From assembly GCA_002269645.1 (NCBI GenBank), contig NIVC01000571.1, forward strand, positions 310,001 through 374,000: 64,000 nt of DNA. Reading direction: 5' to 3'. This document shows, piece by piece, positions 1 through 11,162 of the stretch; within the stretch, counting starts at the first letter, position 1; every line of letters begins with the position of its first letter. The translations under genes were made by a program, and so were the position numbers. The notes beneath the pieces are model-generated. The model searched no databases, was not told the origin of the DNA, and saw only the letters and a list, made by a program, of their open reading frames with translations. This DNA comes from Macrostomum lignano (taxonomy: Eukaryota).

Positions 1-2730
1 AAGTTCTCGATCCTTGGGAGGCTCAGCATTAGGAACTGATTTTACTGCGGTACGAGTTTGCTTTCTGCCATCCTCAAATGATACATTCACACCAACTGAC
101 CGCTGCGCCGGTTTGGCCTCTTCAATAAAAATATTAATCGCCACATCTCTGCAAGGTGGCTTCACCATTAGGCCAACCGTTCTGCGGTGAACAGGTGCTG
201 AACTTGGCTGCGATTCACGAATCCGGACAGTCTCCTGAACGAATGTTCGGCTTTCTAGCTCACTGACGACAGATTTAAGACGCGCAATCTCGCTTAAGTA
301 TTGCTCTTTCTTAGAAATATCCATTAATTCACGAGTCATCTCGCTCCTGGACTTTTCTGACACCTTGCTGTGTTCCGTGCTAGTCTTGTAAATTTCTGTC
401 GTGTTCACTGTTGTATCGCCCTCTTTTTTACTTTTTTCAGGGCATAATGCACTACGATTATCCTCATCAATAGGCAAGTCATTCTGTACATCAGTGCAAG
501 CATCAATATGCTCGGGTGTATCGATTGGCTGAGTGCTGAATACAGAGTCTACTAACGGATTAAGGATCGCATCTGTCTGCTCACACTTGTCACCAAACAT
601 CCAGCGAAAATCTGGCTCAAGTTCTACAAGCCGGCTGACGGACTTATCAACTGTCTCAATAACAGGTTCACGCTTCTCTTTCTTAGGCTGATTTACGTGT
701 GGGTCGTCTAACGGAGCTGGAATATCGACTTCGCTTATGGGCACCTTTTCAGGTTTTTCAGACTTTTCAGTTGGCTCACAAACGACAGGCAGATGTTCCG
801 GTGAAATAAATTCTTCTAAAACAGAATCACGATCGGAAAATACATGCTGCGAAAAATCTTTGTAACGAGGAGCTTGCACATTAGGTTGAGATTTCGGTGT
901 TAAATCTTCATTTTGTTCCGGGCTAGAATCTGACGACCCATCGCTGTTGTCTGGATCATTAGGTTCATCTGTCTTACTGGGAGGCGCATGAACAGTGGTG
1001 TTTCCAGTAGGTGTTAAATCGTCCTCAATTTCTGGGTCCGAATCTTCAGAATCAGTAGGATCTTCGTTAGCATTGGGTGCCTCTACATCCTTGTGAGTGT
1101 TAGGTGGAAAATCCTCCTCAATTTCTGGATCCGAATCTTCAGAATCAGTAGGATCTTCGTTAGCATTGGGTGCCTCTACATCCTTGTGAGCGTTTGGTGG
1201 AAAATCCTCCTCAATTTCTGGATCCGAATCTTCAGAATCACTAGGATCTTCGTTAGCATTGGGTGCCTCTACATCCTTGTGAGCGTTTGGTGGAAAACCC
1301 TCCTCAATTTCTGGATCCGAATCTTCAGAACCAGTAGGATCTTCGTTAGCATTGGGTGCCTCTACATCCTTGTGGGTGTTCGATGGAAAACCCTCGTCGA
1401 TTTCCGGATCCGATTCTTCTGAGCCAGTAGAACCTTTGCTTGCCTTTGGGGCATGCACATCTTTATCGTTAGACTCCGGCTTATGGTTACTCGCTGGCGG
1501 AGCATGAACAGCCGCCTGAGAACTAGGCGTCATATTTTCGTCTATCTCTGATCCATCCGATGAAACGGGGTCCGGTTGCCTAACCTTGCTTGGAGGAGAC
1601 TTTGCTTTTTTGCTTGTTTTTCGCTTGCTCGGAGATTCGCTAGAGGCCACAACCGAGCCCAAAAGTCCAGATGGAAAATCAGCCGTCTCAGTTGACTGGC
1701 TACGATGTTCGGATAAGTTTTCATCAGTTCCCACATTCGCATTAGCATGAGGGACAGCTGGCTTTGAGAATGTTACCGGCTCGGTAGCTGTCGATTGAGT
1801 TCTGTAGGCATCACGGGCAGGCTCAGGTGGCTGCACATTGGAAGCAGACGACTCAGAGCCATGGCTACTAGACTTATCCTGTTGCAGCGTGCGAAGCAAA
1901 TTCTGCAGCTCTGGCAGCTGACGCTCGATAGCGTCGAGACGAGCATTCTGTTTTTTCTTCGGAGATGGCTTTGGAGGCAATGGTGGCGGCACTTGGCTAT
2001 TTTGCGAATCGCGCTCACGACTCTGTGCCCGCTCTGATCCTTTAGCTCGCTGCTTTTTATCTTTTTTTCTCTCTGCCTCATTGGCCTTCTCTTTACGTGC
2101 CTGACGAGCCTTTTTCCTTTCACTTTTTTCCTTTCGGTTCTTGGCAGCTTCCTGCGCATTCTTTGCACCCGCAAGACTTTTAGCAGCAGCATCCTTAGCA
2201 CCACTGCGCTGAAGACTTTGCTGACCCTCCTCGTTTCTCCCCTGCGCATCTAATCTTAAGACCGAGGCTTCTTGGCTATCACTCCGCTTCTGACCCTGCT
2301 CACCTTCCTCATTTCTCTCAGCCGAGTTATCTACCTGTGCTTCTTTTCGCACAGTCCTGCGCTCTTTCTTAGTGCCATAGGTAGCAAAGAAATCTCCAGA
2401 ATCTTCTTGTCCACCATTTGCCTCGGCTGATGCGCCACTGAGTGCTGCCTGTCTGTCAGAGGCAGCTTGAGACGACTGGTTTCTACTCAGCGATTGACTT
2501 GCAGCCTGCAACTGATTGCTCTCACGCGAGTAGCTTGCGGCCTGAGAAGACTGATTGCTCTCACGCGAGTAGCTTGCGGCCTGAGAAGACCGCTGATTGG
2601 AATTTTGTGAAGACTGTTGAAACGTTTGTTCCTGTCTAGAGGACGACTGATAATTGAAATCTGATGCCTCTGCTGAATAGTTATAGTTTTGGCTAGAATA
2701 GGCTGCACTTCTGCTTGCTGTTGACTGCAT
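1..2730 (-). CDS. Large exon/ORF (>=910 codons, 3'-truncated by the window edge) encoding a low-complexity, charged, probably disordered protein of unknown function
   Basis: I translated the minus frame by hand (codons ending at positions 3n-2). It is open from ATG 2730 (upstream TGA at 2736-2734) to base 1. It contains Lys/Glu/Arg-rich stretches and 31-aa acidic repeats. It is absent from the ORF track because it has no stop in the window. It could instead start at a CAG acceptor near 2725. Confidence 0.75.
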   Translation of the reverse strand, partial: MQSTASRSAAYSSQNYNYSAEASDFNYQSSSRQEQTFQQSSQNSNQRSSQAASYSRESNQSSQAASYSRESNQLQAASQSLSRNQSSQAASDRQAALSGASAEANGGQEDSGDFFATYGTKKERRTVRKEAQVDNSAERNEEGEQGQKRSDSQEASVLRLDAQGRNEEGQQSLQRSGAKDAAAKSLAGAKNAQEAAKNRKEKSERKKARQARKEKANEAERKKDKKQRAKGSERAQSRERDSQNSQVPPPLPPKPSPKKKQNARLDAIERQLPELQNLLRTLQQDKSSSHGSESSASNVQPPEPARDAYRTQSTATEPVTFSKPAVPHANANVGTDENLSEHRSQSTETADFPSGLLGSVVASSESPSKRKTSKKAKSPPSKVRQPDPVSSDGSEIDENMTPSSQAAVHAPPASNHKPESNDKDVHAPKASKGSTGSEESDPEIDEGFPSNTHKDVEAPNANEDPTGSEDSDPEIEEGFPPNAHKDVEAPNANEDPSDSEDSDPEIEEDFPPNAHKDVEAPNANEDPTDSEDSDPEIEEDFPPNTHKDVEAPNANEDPTDSEDSDPEIEDDLTPTGNTTVHAPPSKTDEPNDPDNSDGSSDSSPEQNEDLTPKSQPNVQAPRYKDFSQHVFSDRDSVLEEFISPEHLPVVCEPTEKSEKPEKVPISEVDIPAPLDDPHVNQPKKEKREPVIETVDKSVSRLVELEPDFRWMFGDKCEQTDAILNPLVDSVFSTQPIDTPEHIDACTDVQNDLPIDEDNRSALCPEKSKKEGDTTVNTTEIYKTSTEHSKVSEKSRSEMTRELMDISKKEQYLSEIARLKSVVSELESRTFVQETVRIRESQPSSAPVHRRTVGLMVKPPCRDVAINIFIEEAKPAQRSVGVNVSFEDGRKQTRTAVKSVPNAEPPKDREL
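1021..1420 (-). repeat. Coding 93-bp tandem repeat (~4 copies; APNANEDPTDSEDSDPEIEEDFPPNTHKDVE)
   Basis: CTCAATTTC recurs at 1024 and 1117 and onward with a 93-bp period, in frame with the minus-strand ORF. Confidence 0.9.
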
Positions 2731-4643
2731 GACTCATTGAACATGCATTGCACAAAGCAGTTAAGACAGTAGAATGCATAAAGTGCAAAACAAATGTCTT
2801 TCTTAAAAAAATTAAACATTAAGTCAATACAAAAACTTTAACAATTTAGCAATCTAAACAAGTTATAATAAAAATAGGATACCTTTTAATGGCATGTAAT
2901 TGGAACATAATATTTAAATATCTTATTATATTAAATACAAAGTATCCTTTTTAAGACATTTCATTGAATGGGTCTTAGTTTACTTTATTCAGCTTAATCA
3001 AAGTTTTAATGAAATCAAATGGCTTTCATATTGACCTTCAAAATATACCTCTGCATTCTATTTTGGCAGTGCATGCAGCAGATAGCAGGAGCAAATGCTG
3101 CACCATGGAATTTTTTGCAACCAATTTGGGTAGCCTTGTGATCAATTTGGACAGGTATTTCACCAACTGTACATATAAGTCTATCCAAATTGATTGCAAG
3201 CCTGCTAGTAGGTGCTAAAACTTTCTCTATAATAGCAGTATAATATTATAGTTAAAAAGGCTTTTAAATCTTTGGAAAAATAGTATATATAAATTTTGGT
3301 AAAAATTATACTATAGTTATAAGATGCTATAACCATTTTAGCAAAAAGGATAAATATGGTAGCAATATAAATAGATATATCTAAAAAAACGATTTTTATT
3401 ATGGATACCAATGTTTAAATTGTTTGTTAAAGCTATTTTATATATAGGCTAAATTTCTATATACATATTCTGTTTTTTCTAAAAGTTAGAAAAATGCACT
3501 CTAGGGAAATTGCACTTTTGCATATTTTTTACAATTAGTATCTTTCTAATTTCATGATAACAATAAAGTATAGATGAAAACTTTAATGAAAAATTAGACA
3601 ACAAATAGATAAATCAATTATAATTGTTTAAAGTTCAATTTTTAACTAAATTGTTTACTATAGAACATTTCTTTTAGCGAAAATGTTGATACTAAGTTGT
3701 CTAGCATTTAAAATGTAATAGTATGTCAGGTATTCCAATGGTTAGGCCCTACTTTAAAATCTCCTATTCTTAGCTTAGCTTAACTATTCTCTTCTAGTAT
3801 AGACATAAAGCTATAATTAGACTTAGGATAGGGTCATTAGATACTGATTGTCATAGTAAATATATACCAAACTATGATATAAAGCCAAGTAAATATATCA
3901 GTGATACTAATCTACAATAATATGGTAGATGTCTAATATCATTAATTTTTCTTATATCTAATGTCTACCTTTATGACTTTTTAGGATATATTGTTTGGTT
4001 AGTTTAGAGATAAAAATAGCTAGGGCTTAAAGAACTAGAAAGGTCTTCTAAAATAAAATCTCATTATATATGCCTGCTTGCTTTATTTTGCAAATAAAAT
4101 ATAAAAGTAAAGCAAGTCCAAACAAGGCAAACAAAGAATTTTTTAGGCTTAAGTAGGCTAGGCCTAGTTAAAAAATATTCAATGATAAAAGTATAGACCT
4201 ATAATTGGTAATATATTATAGCCAGCTAGACTCTTGTCTAAAGATATCATGCTACATTTGACTTATGATTTACTTGCTCTAACTTATAAGCTCAACTGCT
4301 TAGCCATGATAATGATAGTAGCAGTACTCAAACAAAAGGGGTTCTGTCAATCTGACTCAATCAGTGGAATAAAAGTAAGGGTTGGACCCATTGCCATTGG
4401 ATAAGATCTTAATCTGAATCTCAATCATCAAGGTCTTAGCACTTTTTCAATTTTGATCTTGGTTTTGAGATTTCAAAAAAGTAAAGATTTGTGATTATAT
4501 GACTATTGAGTATTGATTGGTGACTAACTACAATATTATTAGGCCCATCACATTTTTTATTTGATATACATCAAGTTACTAAAATCAAGTTAGCAAGCTC
4601 AATTATTTAATAATTGTTTTCCTTCTATTATCATCATTGTACA

Positions 4644-4871
4644 CATTTAACAAATAAGAATATTAGCATTGATAGATAGAATAGTGTAAAATCAAATAGG
4701 CCTACTAGATGCTTCGAGACATTACTTTGCCAAAAACGTCATGTAGCCCTCAAAGATCTATACTTTCGAGATAATCGAGATTTGATCGAGATTCGAGACT
4801 AAGCCTAATTAGCATCTAGGCCTATTTACACTATTTTATCTATCAATGCTAATATTGTTCTTTGCTAAATG
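4644..4871. repeat. Imperfect inverted repeat (arms ~4644-4713 and ~4811-4871), foldback/MITE-like
   Basis: TATTAGCATTGATAGATAGAATAGTGTAAA...TAGATGCT is the reverse complement of AGCATCTAGGCCTATTTACACTATTTTATCTATCAATGCTAATA. Confidence 0.65.
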
Positions 4872-5445
4872 CGACGATTACAGAATTTTCATTTTTTACT
4901 ACCAGTCAGTGAGTCAGTAGGCCCTATACTTTTACAGATAAAGTAGGCCTAAGTTTATTTAATTTTACTCTTAGAAGTACTAAGTTTTACTATACCCCAT
5001 ACATAAAATATATGCTTTATTCCCCACCCCAGGATATCTGCCTCCACAAAATACTCCTGTGCACACCGTTGGGTACTGGGCCTCAAGGATTACTGTCTGT
5101 CACTATACTCTATAGCTCTCTCTATACGGGCCGTATTTCTTGAAAAAAGAAATTTTAAATAAGGGGTTTTCTGAAAAAACCGTCTCAAGTGTAACAAAAA
5201 TTGTATTTATAACAAAGGCTTAACGACAGTATTATTCTTACAACTTCGGAGTTAGTATCTGCTCTTGCTTTCACTTAAAATACATGTATAACACACGTGA
5301 CTTTTGTAATCAAAATCTCACTGAATGAGAACTCCATAGGTTATGTAAAAAGGGAATCAGTGCATCAGATCAGATATATCGTATGTAATTTGGCCGCAAA
5401 TCAGTTAAACTTTATGTTAACTTTATATTTTCCAAGTCAGTAACA

Positions 5446-5451
5446 TTTATT
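5446..5451 (-). promoter_or_regulatory. Polyadenylation signal AATAAA of the Tyr/Ser repeat gene
   Basis: Plus-strand TTTATT, ~110 nt past the stop codon. Confidence 0.5.
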
Positions 5452-5558
5452 TCCAACACCTCATAGAAATAGTCTTTATCAGAACTTTTCGACTGTAGAT
5501 TTGAAAATCCATTTTCAAATATAAGGATTTTTTGGTCTCAAAGTTGCAAGAGGGCAGC

Positions 5559-7118
5559 TTACGAACAGGACGGAAGAGTACATACATAGCTGGTCCGTGG
5601 TCCACTGGAAGTGTAGCTAGAATAAGTGGGATAGCTGCTGGAATAGTATGAACTGCTTCCGCACGATGGCAGACTCCATACATAGCTGGTCCGTGGTCCA
5701 CTGGAAGTGTAGCTAGAATAAGTGGGATAGCTGCTGGAATAGTATGAACTGCTTCCGCACGATGGCAGACTCCATACGTAGCTGGTCCGTGGTCCACTGG
5801 AAGTGTAGCTAGAATAAGTGGGATAGCTGCTGGAATAGTATGAACTGCTTCCGCACGATGGCAGACTCCATACGTAGCTGGTCCGTGGTCCACTGGAAGT
5901 GTAGCTAGAATAAGTGGGATAGCTGCTGGAATAGTATGAACTGCTTCCGCACGATGGCAGGCTCCATACGTAGCTCGTCCGTGGTCCACTGGAAGTGTAG
6001 CTAGAATAAGTGGGATAGCTGCTGGAATAGTATGAACTGCTTCCGCACGATGGCAGACTCCATACGTAGCTCGTCCGCGGTCCACTTGAATAGCTAGGGT
6101 AGTAGCTAGAATAGCGAGAGTAGTAGCTAGAGTAGCTAGGGTAGTAGCTAGAATAGCGAGAGTAGTAGCTAGAATAGCGAGAATAGCTGGGGTAGTAGCT
6201 AGAATAGCGAGAATAGCTTGGGTAGTAGCTGGAATAGCGAGAGTAGTAGCTAGAATAGCGAGAATAGCTTGGGTAGTAGCTGGAATAGCGAGAATAGCTG
6301 GGGTAGTAGCTGGAATAGCGAGAATAGCTGGGGTAGTGGCTAGAATAGCGAGAATAGCTGGGGTAGTAGCTGGAATAGCGAGAATAGCTGGGGTAGTAGC
6401 TAGAATAGCGAGAATAGCTGGGGTAGTAGCTGGAATAGCGAGAATAGCTGGGGTAGTAGCTAGAATAGCGAGAATAGCTTGGGTAGTAGCTAGAATAGCG
6501 AGAATAGCTTGGGTAGTAGCTGGAATAGCGAGAATAGCTGGGGTAGTAGCTGGAATAGCGAGAATAGCTGGGGTAGTAGCTGGAATAGCGAGAATAGCTG
6601 GGGTAGTAGCTAGAATAGCGAGAATAGCTGGGGTAGTAGCTAGAATAGCGAGAATAGCTGGGGTAGTAGCTAGAATAGCGAGAATAGCTGGGGTAGTAGC
6701 TAGAATAGCGAGAATAGCTTGGGTAGTAGCTGGAATAGCGAGAATAGCTGGGGTAGTAGCTGGAATAGCGAGAATAGCTGGGGTAGTAGCTGGAATAGCG
6801 AGAATAGCTGGGGTAGTAGCTGGAATAGCGAGAATAGCTGGGGTAGTAGCTGGAATAGCGAGAATAGCTGGGGTAGTAGCTGGAATAGCGAGAATAGCTG
6901 GGGTAGTAGCTGGAATAGCGAGAATAGCTGGGGTAGTAGCTAGAATAGCGAGAATAGCTGGGGTAGTATCCGCTTGAACCGTAGCGACCCGATCCATAGC
7001 TTCCGATTCCGCCTGATCCGTAGCCGGAGCCGATACTCCTGGCTTGTGTGAGACCCTGGCAGCTGCCAGTGACAGCGGCAAGCAGCAACAGCACTCCGAG
7101 ACAAAGCTTGATGTCCAT
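5559..7118 (-). CDS. Secreted Tyr/Ser-rich repeat protein (519 aa): signal peptide, ~28 x PSYSRYSSYY, then 5 x 32-aa Cys/Trp-containing repeats
   Basis: ATG 7118 to TAA 5559. Hydrophobic N-terminus MDIKLCLGVLLLLAAVTGSCQG. TATAAAA ~70 nt upstream and AATAAA ~110 nt downstream of the stop. The 30-bp and 96-bp repeat periods keep frame. Confidence 0.85.
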   Translation of the reverse strand: MDIKLCLGVLLLLAAVTGSCQGLTQARSIGSGYGSGGIGSYGSGRYGSSGYYPSYSRYSSYYPSYSRYSSYYPSYSRYSSYYPSYSRYSSYYPSYSRYSSYYPSYSRYSSYYPSYSRYSSYYPSYSRYSSYYPSYSRYSSYYPSYSRYSSYYPSYSRYSSYYPSYSRYSSYYPSYSRYSSYYPSYSRYSSYYPSYSRYSSYYPSYSRYSSYYPSYSRYSSYYPSYSRYSSYYPSYSRYSSYYPSYSRYSSYYPSYSRYSSHYPSYSRYSSYYPSYSRYSSYYPSYSRYSSYYSRYSSYYPSYSRYSSYYPSYSRYSSYYSRYSSYYPSYSSYYSRYSSYYPSYSSGPRTSYVWSLPSCGSSSYYSSSYPTYSSYTSSGPRTSYVWSLPSCGSSSYYSSSYPTYSSYTSSGPRTSYVWSLPSCGSSSYYSSSYPTYSSYTSSGPRTSYVWSLPSCGSSSYYSSSYPTYSSYTSSGPRTSYVWSLPSCGSSSYYSSSYPTYSSYTSSGPRTSYVCTLPSCS

Positions 7119-7185
7119 GATTGCGACGTCAAGCAGGTAAGTTTAGTGATAAAGAAATTGTAAATTGGGTTGAGGTCGACGCTGG

Positions 7186-7192
7186 TTTTATA
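7186..7192 (-). promoter_or_regulatory. TATA box of the Tyr/Ser repeat gene
   Basis: Plus-strand TTTTATA reads TATAAAA on the minus strand, ~70 nt upstream of ATG 7118. Confidence 0.5.
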
Positions 7193-9396
7193 TGAATTTA
7201 AGGGGCCTAGCACCTGTCAGGTGCACCTGAGTGCCACGAAGCTTTCCTGTCGTCCGCTGCATGGAAGAAGAACTTAAAGACAAAGTTAGTGGCATAGCGG
7301 CAATCAGAAATCAGTTTTGAAGGAAATTTTCTTTTTAACCAAAGCTTTCGCCTTGACAAACAGAGGTCCCAGCCGCTTAATTGACTCTCTCGAAAGTAAA
7401 TGCTGACGTGTTCATAACATTTGTGCGACGTGGCACAAGTCTGTTGGAACAGCCGCAGTATTCTTCCTAAAAGAAAAGTTCCAGCTGTATTTGTACAATT
7501 GACTGCGCAGACCAAAGCGCGGGAAAGGGGCTGCATAAATTACGTCGTAATTGCAGTTTTTACCTGAATTTTCCACGACTGTGATTCGAAGTAGCCTTCT
7601 GCGACTCTGCCAAATGAGTTCCGGGTAGGCCACAGCTTAGGCCACAGAAATCCGGTAGATGGTTGAAGTAGGAGAGAAGGAGATGTGGGGGCATCCGTAA
7701 ATTCGTGTAGTAAAAGCAGTTTAGCCGAGCGCAGAGGGCGCACTTCATTTCATCGAGCCGATTCGCATTTCACTGGGGAATGTTGCGCAAATGGCCGACT
7801 GTCTGAACTCTGAGGTTGCGCCGGTGGTAGGGCGTGCGAGGGCACGGGGGAAATGAGGGGTTTGGCGGAAGACGAAGCCGGGGCTGCGGCCGGACTTACT
7901 TGGGCTGGGGGCACGCAAGTACAGCGGGGGTGGGTTGGATTCCTGCCCCCTCCCGATCCCATCATAACTTCGGAAGCACGCAAAGTGACGCTGAATTCAC
8001 GGCCCCAAATGGTGCCTTCGAAAGCCGGTTAAGCTGCCACAGAAACGTTCTGCCCATTTGCCCCTTGATTTTGGCGTTCTCGTTCAGCATCGCAATCCGG
8101 ACTACGATGAAGTCCACTACCCGCACCGTCGTGAGCAGGAGCTCAGCAGCGTTCTCCAGCACCAGGTATGAAGGGACAATGACCAGAAGTTACCCATCGC
8201 ACACTATAGAGTTCTCCGATCCTTCCGTTGGGTCAAATTCAAAGTTATCGTCTGCCATCCCTCCTGTTTGACAAAGACTTTAAAAGCGATAGTTAAATGG
8301 CGTCTTCAGATTTATTGGTTTAACTTAACTTAAGCGTCCTGCCCTGACTCCAACCAAACCTGATTCACCGCCCGAGCAGCAGCAGCTACTCGGCCTCGCT
8401 GGAGACCCGGAATGTCCGTACGGTTGAGTCCAGCTACAGCTGCCTCTCCAACGAGCAGTTCAGCGGCTTCACGAGGCCAGCCATCATGGCTACCCATGGT
8501 AAGGACGAGTCTTCGGCCAGTCTGCAAGCCGGAGAGGCGGCGGGCGAGACCGAGACTGCCTGGCACAGCTACGTCCGAAGCCTGGAACGGCGGCACAGAG
8601 AACGGAGCAGCAACAGCGGAGGCAGCCGGGACTGGCCAGCTCTGGCGGGCATTCGAGAGGCTCTGGTGAGGGCGGGGGTCTTGGAATCCACGCTTACTAA
8701 ATATTAAGTACAACTCTATAAAGCTCCTGAGCCTGCCAAGCTATCAACTCTGTGATTTCGTCATTTGCATTTGAAGTAAAGATAAATGAATGATGATTCA
8801 AAACAGGTTTTAAGAGCTAATTAACAAGGTATAATTAACTAAAGTAATAAACAATTATCTGATTGTATGAAGCTGACAACATTGAAAAAAAGAATACAAC
8901 CATTCAAGGAACTTCAGTGCCCAGAGCCTGTAAATATTTTGCTCAAATAGGAACAGACAAAATATGAAAATTGCAAGCGAGGACACAGAGTGCGAGCGAC
9001 CGACAGGGATTCAACAACCAACGAAAATTTCAAAGGTAAAGCATAAAAGTGGATAAATGTAACGCTAAATGATTGCCTATAGCAACAATCTAATAACAGA
9101 AATTTCAGACAAAATGTCTGGGACTAAAATATTAAAAATAGTTTAATCAAACAACCTTTTAGGCTCAGGTAAGCGGCAGAAAACGTATTAAATTCTAATT
9201 CGACAATCGGTCATTAGAAATCTTATGAAACTGAAAGGGTTGATTTAATGAACTGCTGTGCCAGCGCTGGGGTCGTCCCTTAAACCATAAAAATTCTCCA
9301 AAACGAAGCCCTGTATGCGGAAGGAATATTTATGGGGGCGAGCCTCAAGGCTGTGCCAAAACGCCTGGGATACAAAATACAAAAGAGACAATGAGA

Positions 9397-10190
9397 GAGG
9401 GTCAGTTGTCCATGTTAGTGCCTGACAATGAGAGAAGGTCAGTTGTCCATGTGAGTGCCTGACAATGAGAAGGTCGGTTGTTCATGTGAGTGCCTGACAA
9501 TGAGAGAAGGTCAGTTGTCCATGTGAGTGCCTGACAATGAGAAGGTCAGTTGTCCATGTTAGTGCCTGACAATGAGAGGGTCAGTTGTTCATGTTAGTGC
9601 CTGACAATGAGAGGGTCAGTTGTTCATGTGAGTGCCTGACAATGAGAGGATCAGTTGTCCATGTGAGTGCCTGACAATGAGAGGGTCAGTTGTTCATGTT
9701 AGTGCCTGACAATGAGAGGGTCAGTTGTCCATGTGAGTGCCTGACAATGAGAAGGTCAGTTGTTTATGTTAGTGCCTGACAATGAGGTCAGTTGTTCATC
9801 TTAGTGCCTGACAATGAGAAGGTCAGTTGTTCATGTTAGTGCCTGACAATGAGAGGGTCAGTTGTTCATGTGAGTGCCTGACAATGAGAGGGTCAGTTGT
9901 CCATGTTAGTGCCTGACAATGAGAGGGTCAGTTGTTCATGTGAGTGCCTGACAATGAGAAGGTCAGTTGTCCATGTTAGTGCCTGACAATGAGAAGGTCA
10001 GTTGTCCATGTTAGTGCATGACAATGAGAAGGTCAGTTGTTCATGTGAGTGGCTGACAGTGAGAAGGTCAGTTGTCCATGTGAGTGCCTGACAATAAGAA
10101 GGTCAGTTGTCCATGTTAGTGCCTGACAATGAGAAGGTCAGTTGTCCATGTTAGTGCCTGACAATAAGAAGGTCAGTTGTCCATGTTAGT
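9397..10190. repeat. ~35-bp minisatellite (GTCAGTTGTCCATGTTAGTGCCTGACAATGAGAGG), ~22 copies
   Basis: CTGACAATGA recurs at 9601 and 9636, and throughout the interval. Confidence 0.95.
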
Positions 10191-11162
10191 GCGTCTTTGA
10201 GGTCAGCAAAATGGCCTTTGATTTGAAGCAGTTCACAAGCCCCCAGCGACTAAGTGCGAGCCCTGATAACCATCTAAACTGACACGTACAGCTTTCGTGC
10301 TGGTCCTTGCACGGTTTACCCCAGTGTTGAATCTGGGAAAGTGAAGCAGAAGGAAGCCACACGCTGCAGAATTCAAACACTGATACGGGAAGCTTTCAGT
10401 TTATTAGCACTAAACTGGCAATATCCCACCTTCTGGACTTCCGAGTTGCAAAGGATTTTGTTTACCTGCATAATTAAAAAAATATTGCCCGCCAGGAAAG
10501 CATAAAATACGGTTGCGTTCTTACTGTTTTCTTTTGAGATTAAATGGGATTTAACCATAGACAGTTGGGTCATTTGAAACTTCACATTAGCAACCTGGCC
10601 CGCTCAGGGTCTGTGTCTCTTCTCAGCTCTCTCTTCTCTCCTCTCTCATCGCCTCTCCCCTCTCCTCTCTCTCCTCCCAACTCTCCTCTCTTCTCTCTCT
10701 AGCCGCATCCACGCGCTAGGAGGCAGGAACAGCTGAAATTCATTTGGAACTTTGCCTGCCCGCGGGTCTCCAGTAGCATTTTCTAAACAATACAGCCTCA
10801 ACCTCAGGTAAATCAACCTCGGTCAAAACGCATGCCTGCTTGTTTGCAACTCGGAGGACCAGAAGGAGAGACATCGGCAATTTGGTGCTAAAAAACGGAA
10901 AACTTGCAGCTTTGTTTTGCAACGAAATCGGCCTTGAAGTGTAAATGTATGGCGTCCTACTAGTTGCCTACGAGCAGATTTGCGGACAGACGACACCAGA
11001 AGACGCCCAGATTTATCCGGAGGCACCGATGGCACCTCCATGACGCGGCGTTGCTAACGATAATCTAAGCGAGGTCAACAATGAATAATTCGAATTCCGA
11101 GTTGGAGCCACAACACTGCCACTTGTCTTTGTGGTTCTTAAACCGCATAGCAACAAAGACCT

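Noticed and set aside
1093-1422. Plus-strand 109-aa hydrophobic repeat ORF
   Set aside because: It is the antisense shadow of the 93-bp repeat in the long minus-strand ORF.
5447-7213. Alternative-frame 588-aa (TTPAILAIPA)n ORF and plus-strand (ARIAGVVAGI)n ORFs
   Set aside because: By-products of the 30-bp repeat. Only the 5559-7118 frame has a true ATG, signal peptide, TATA box and polyA signal.
7750-8707. Several GC-rich ORFs, including a 120-codon plus frame at 8348-8707
   Set aside because: No recognisable domain or convincing splice partners. A coding exon cannot be excluded but is unsupported.
9397-10190. 35-bp tandem array as a possible CRISPR
   Set aside because: Head-to-tail units with no unique spacers, no cas genes and a eukaryotic context. 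The same applies to all other 29-49-bp arrays here.
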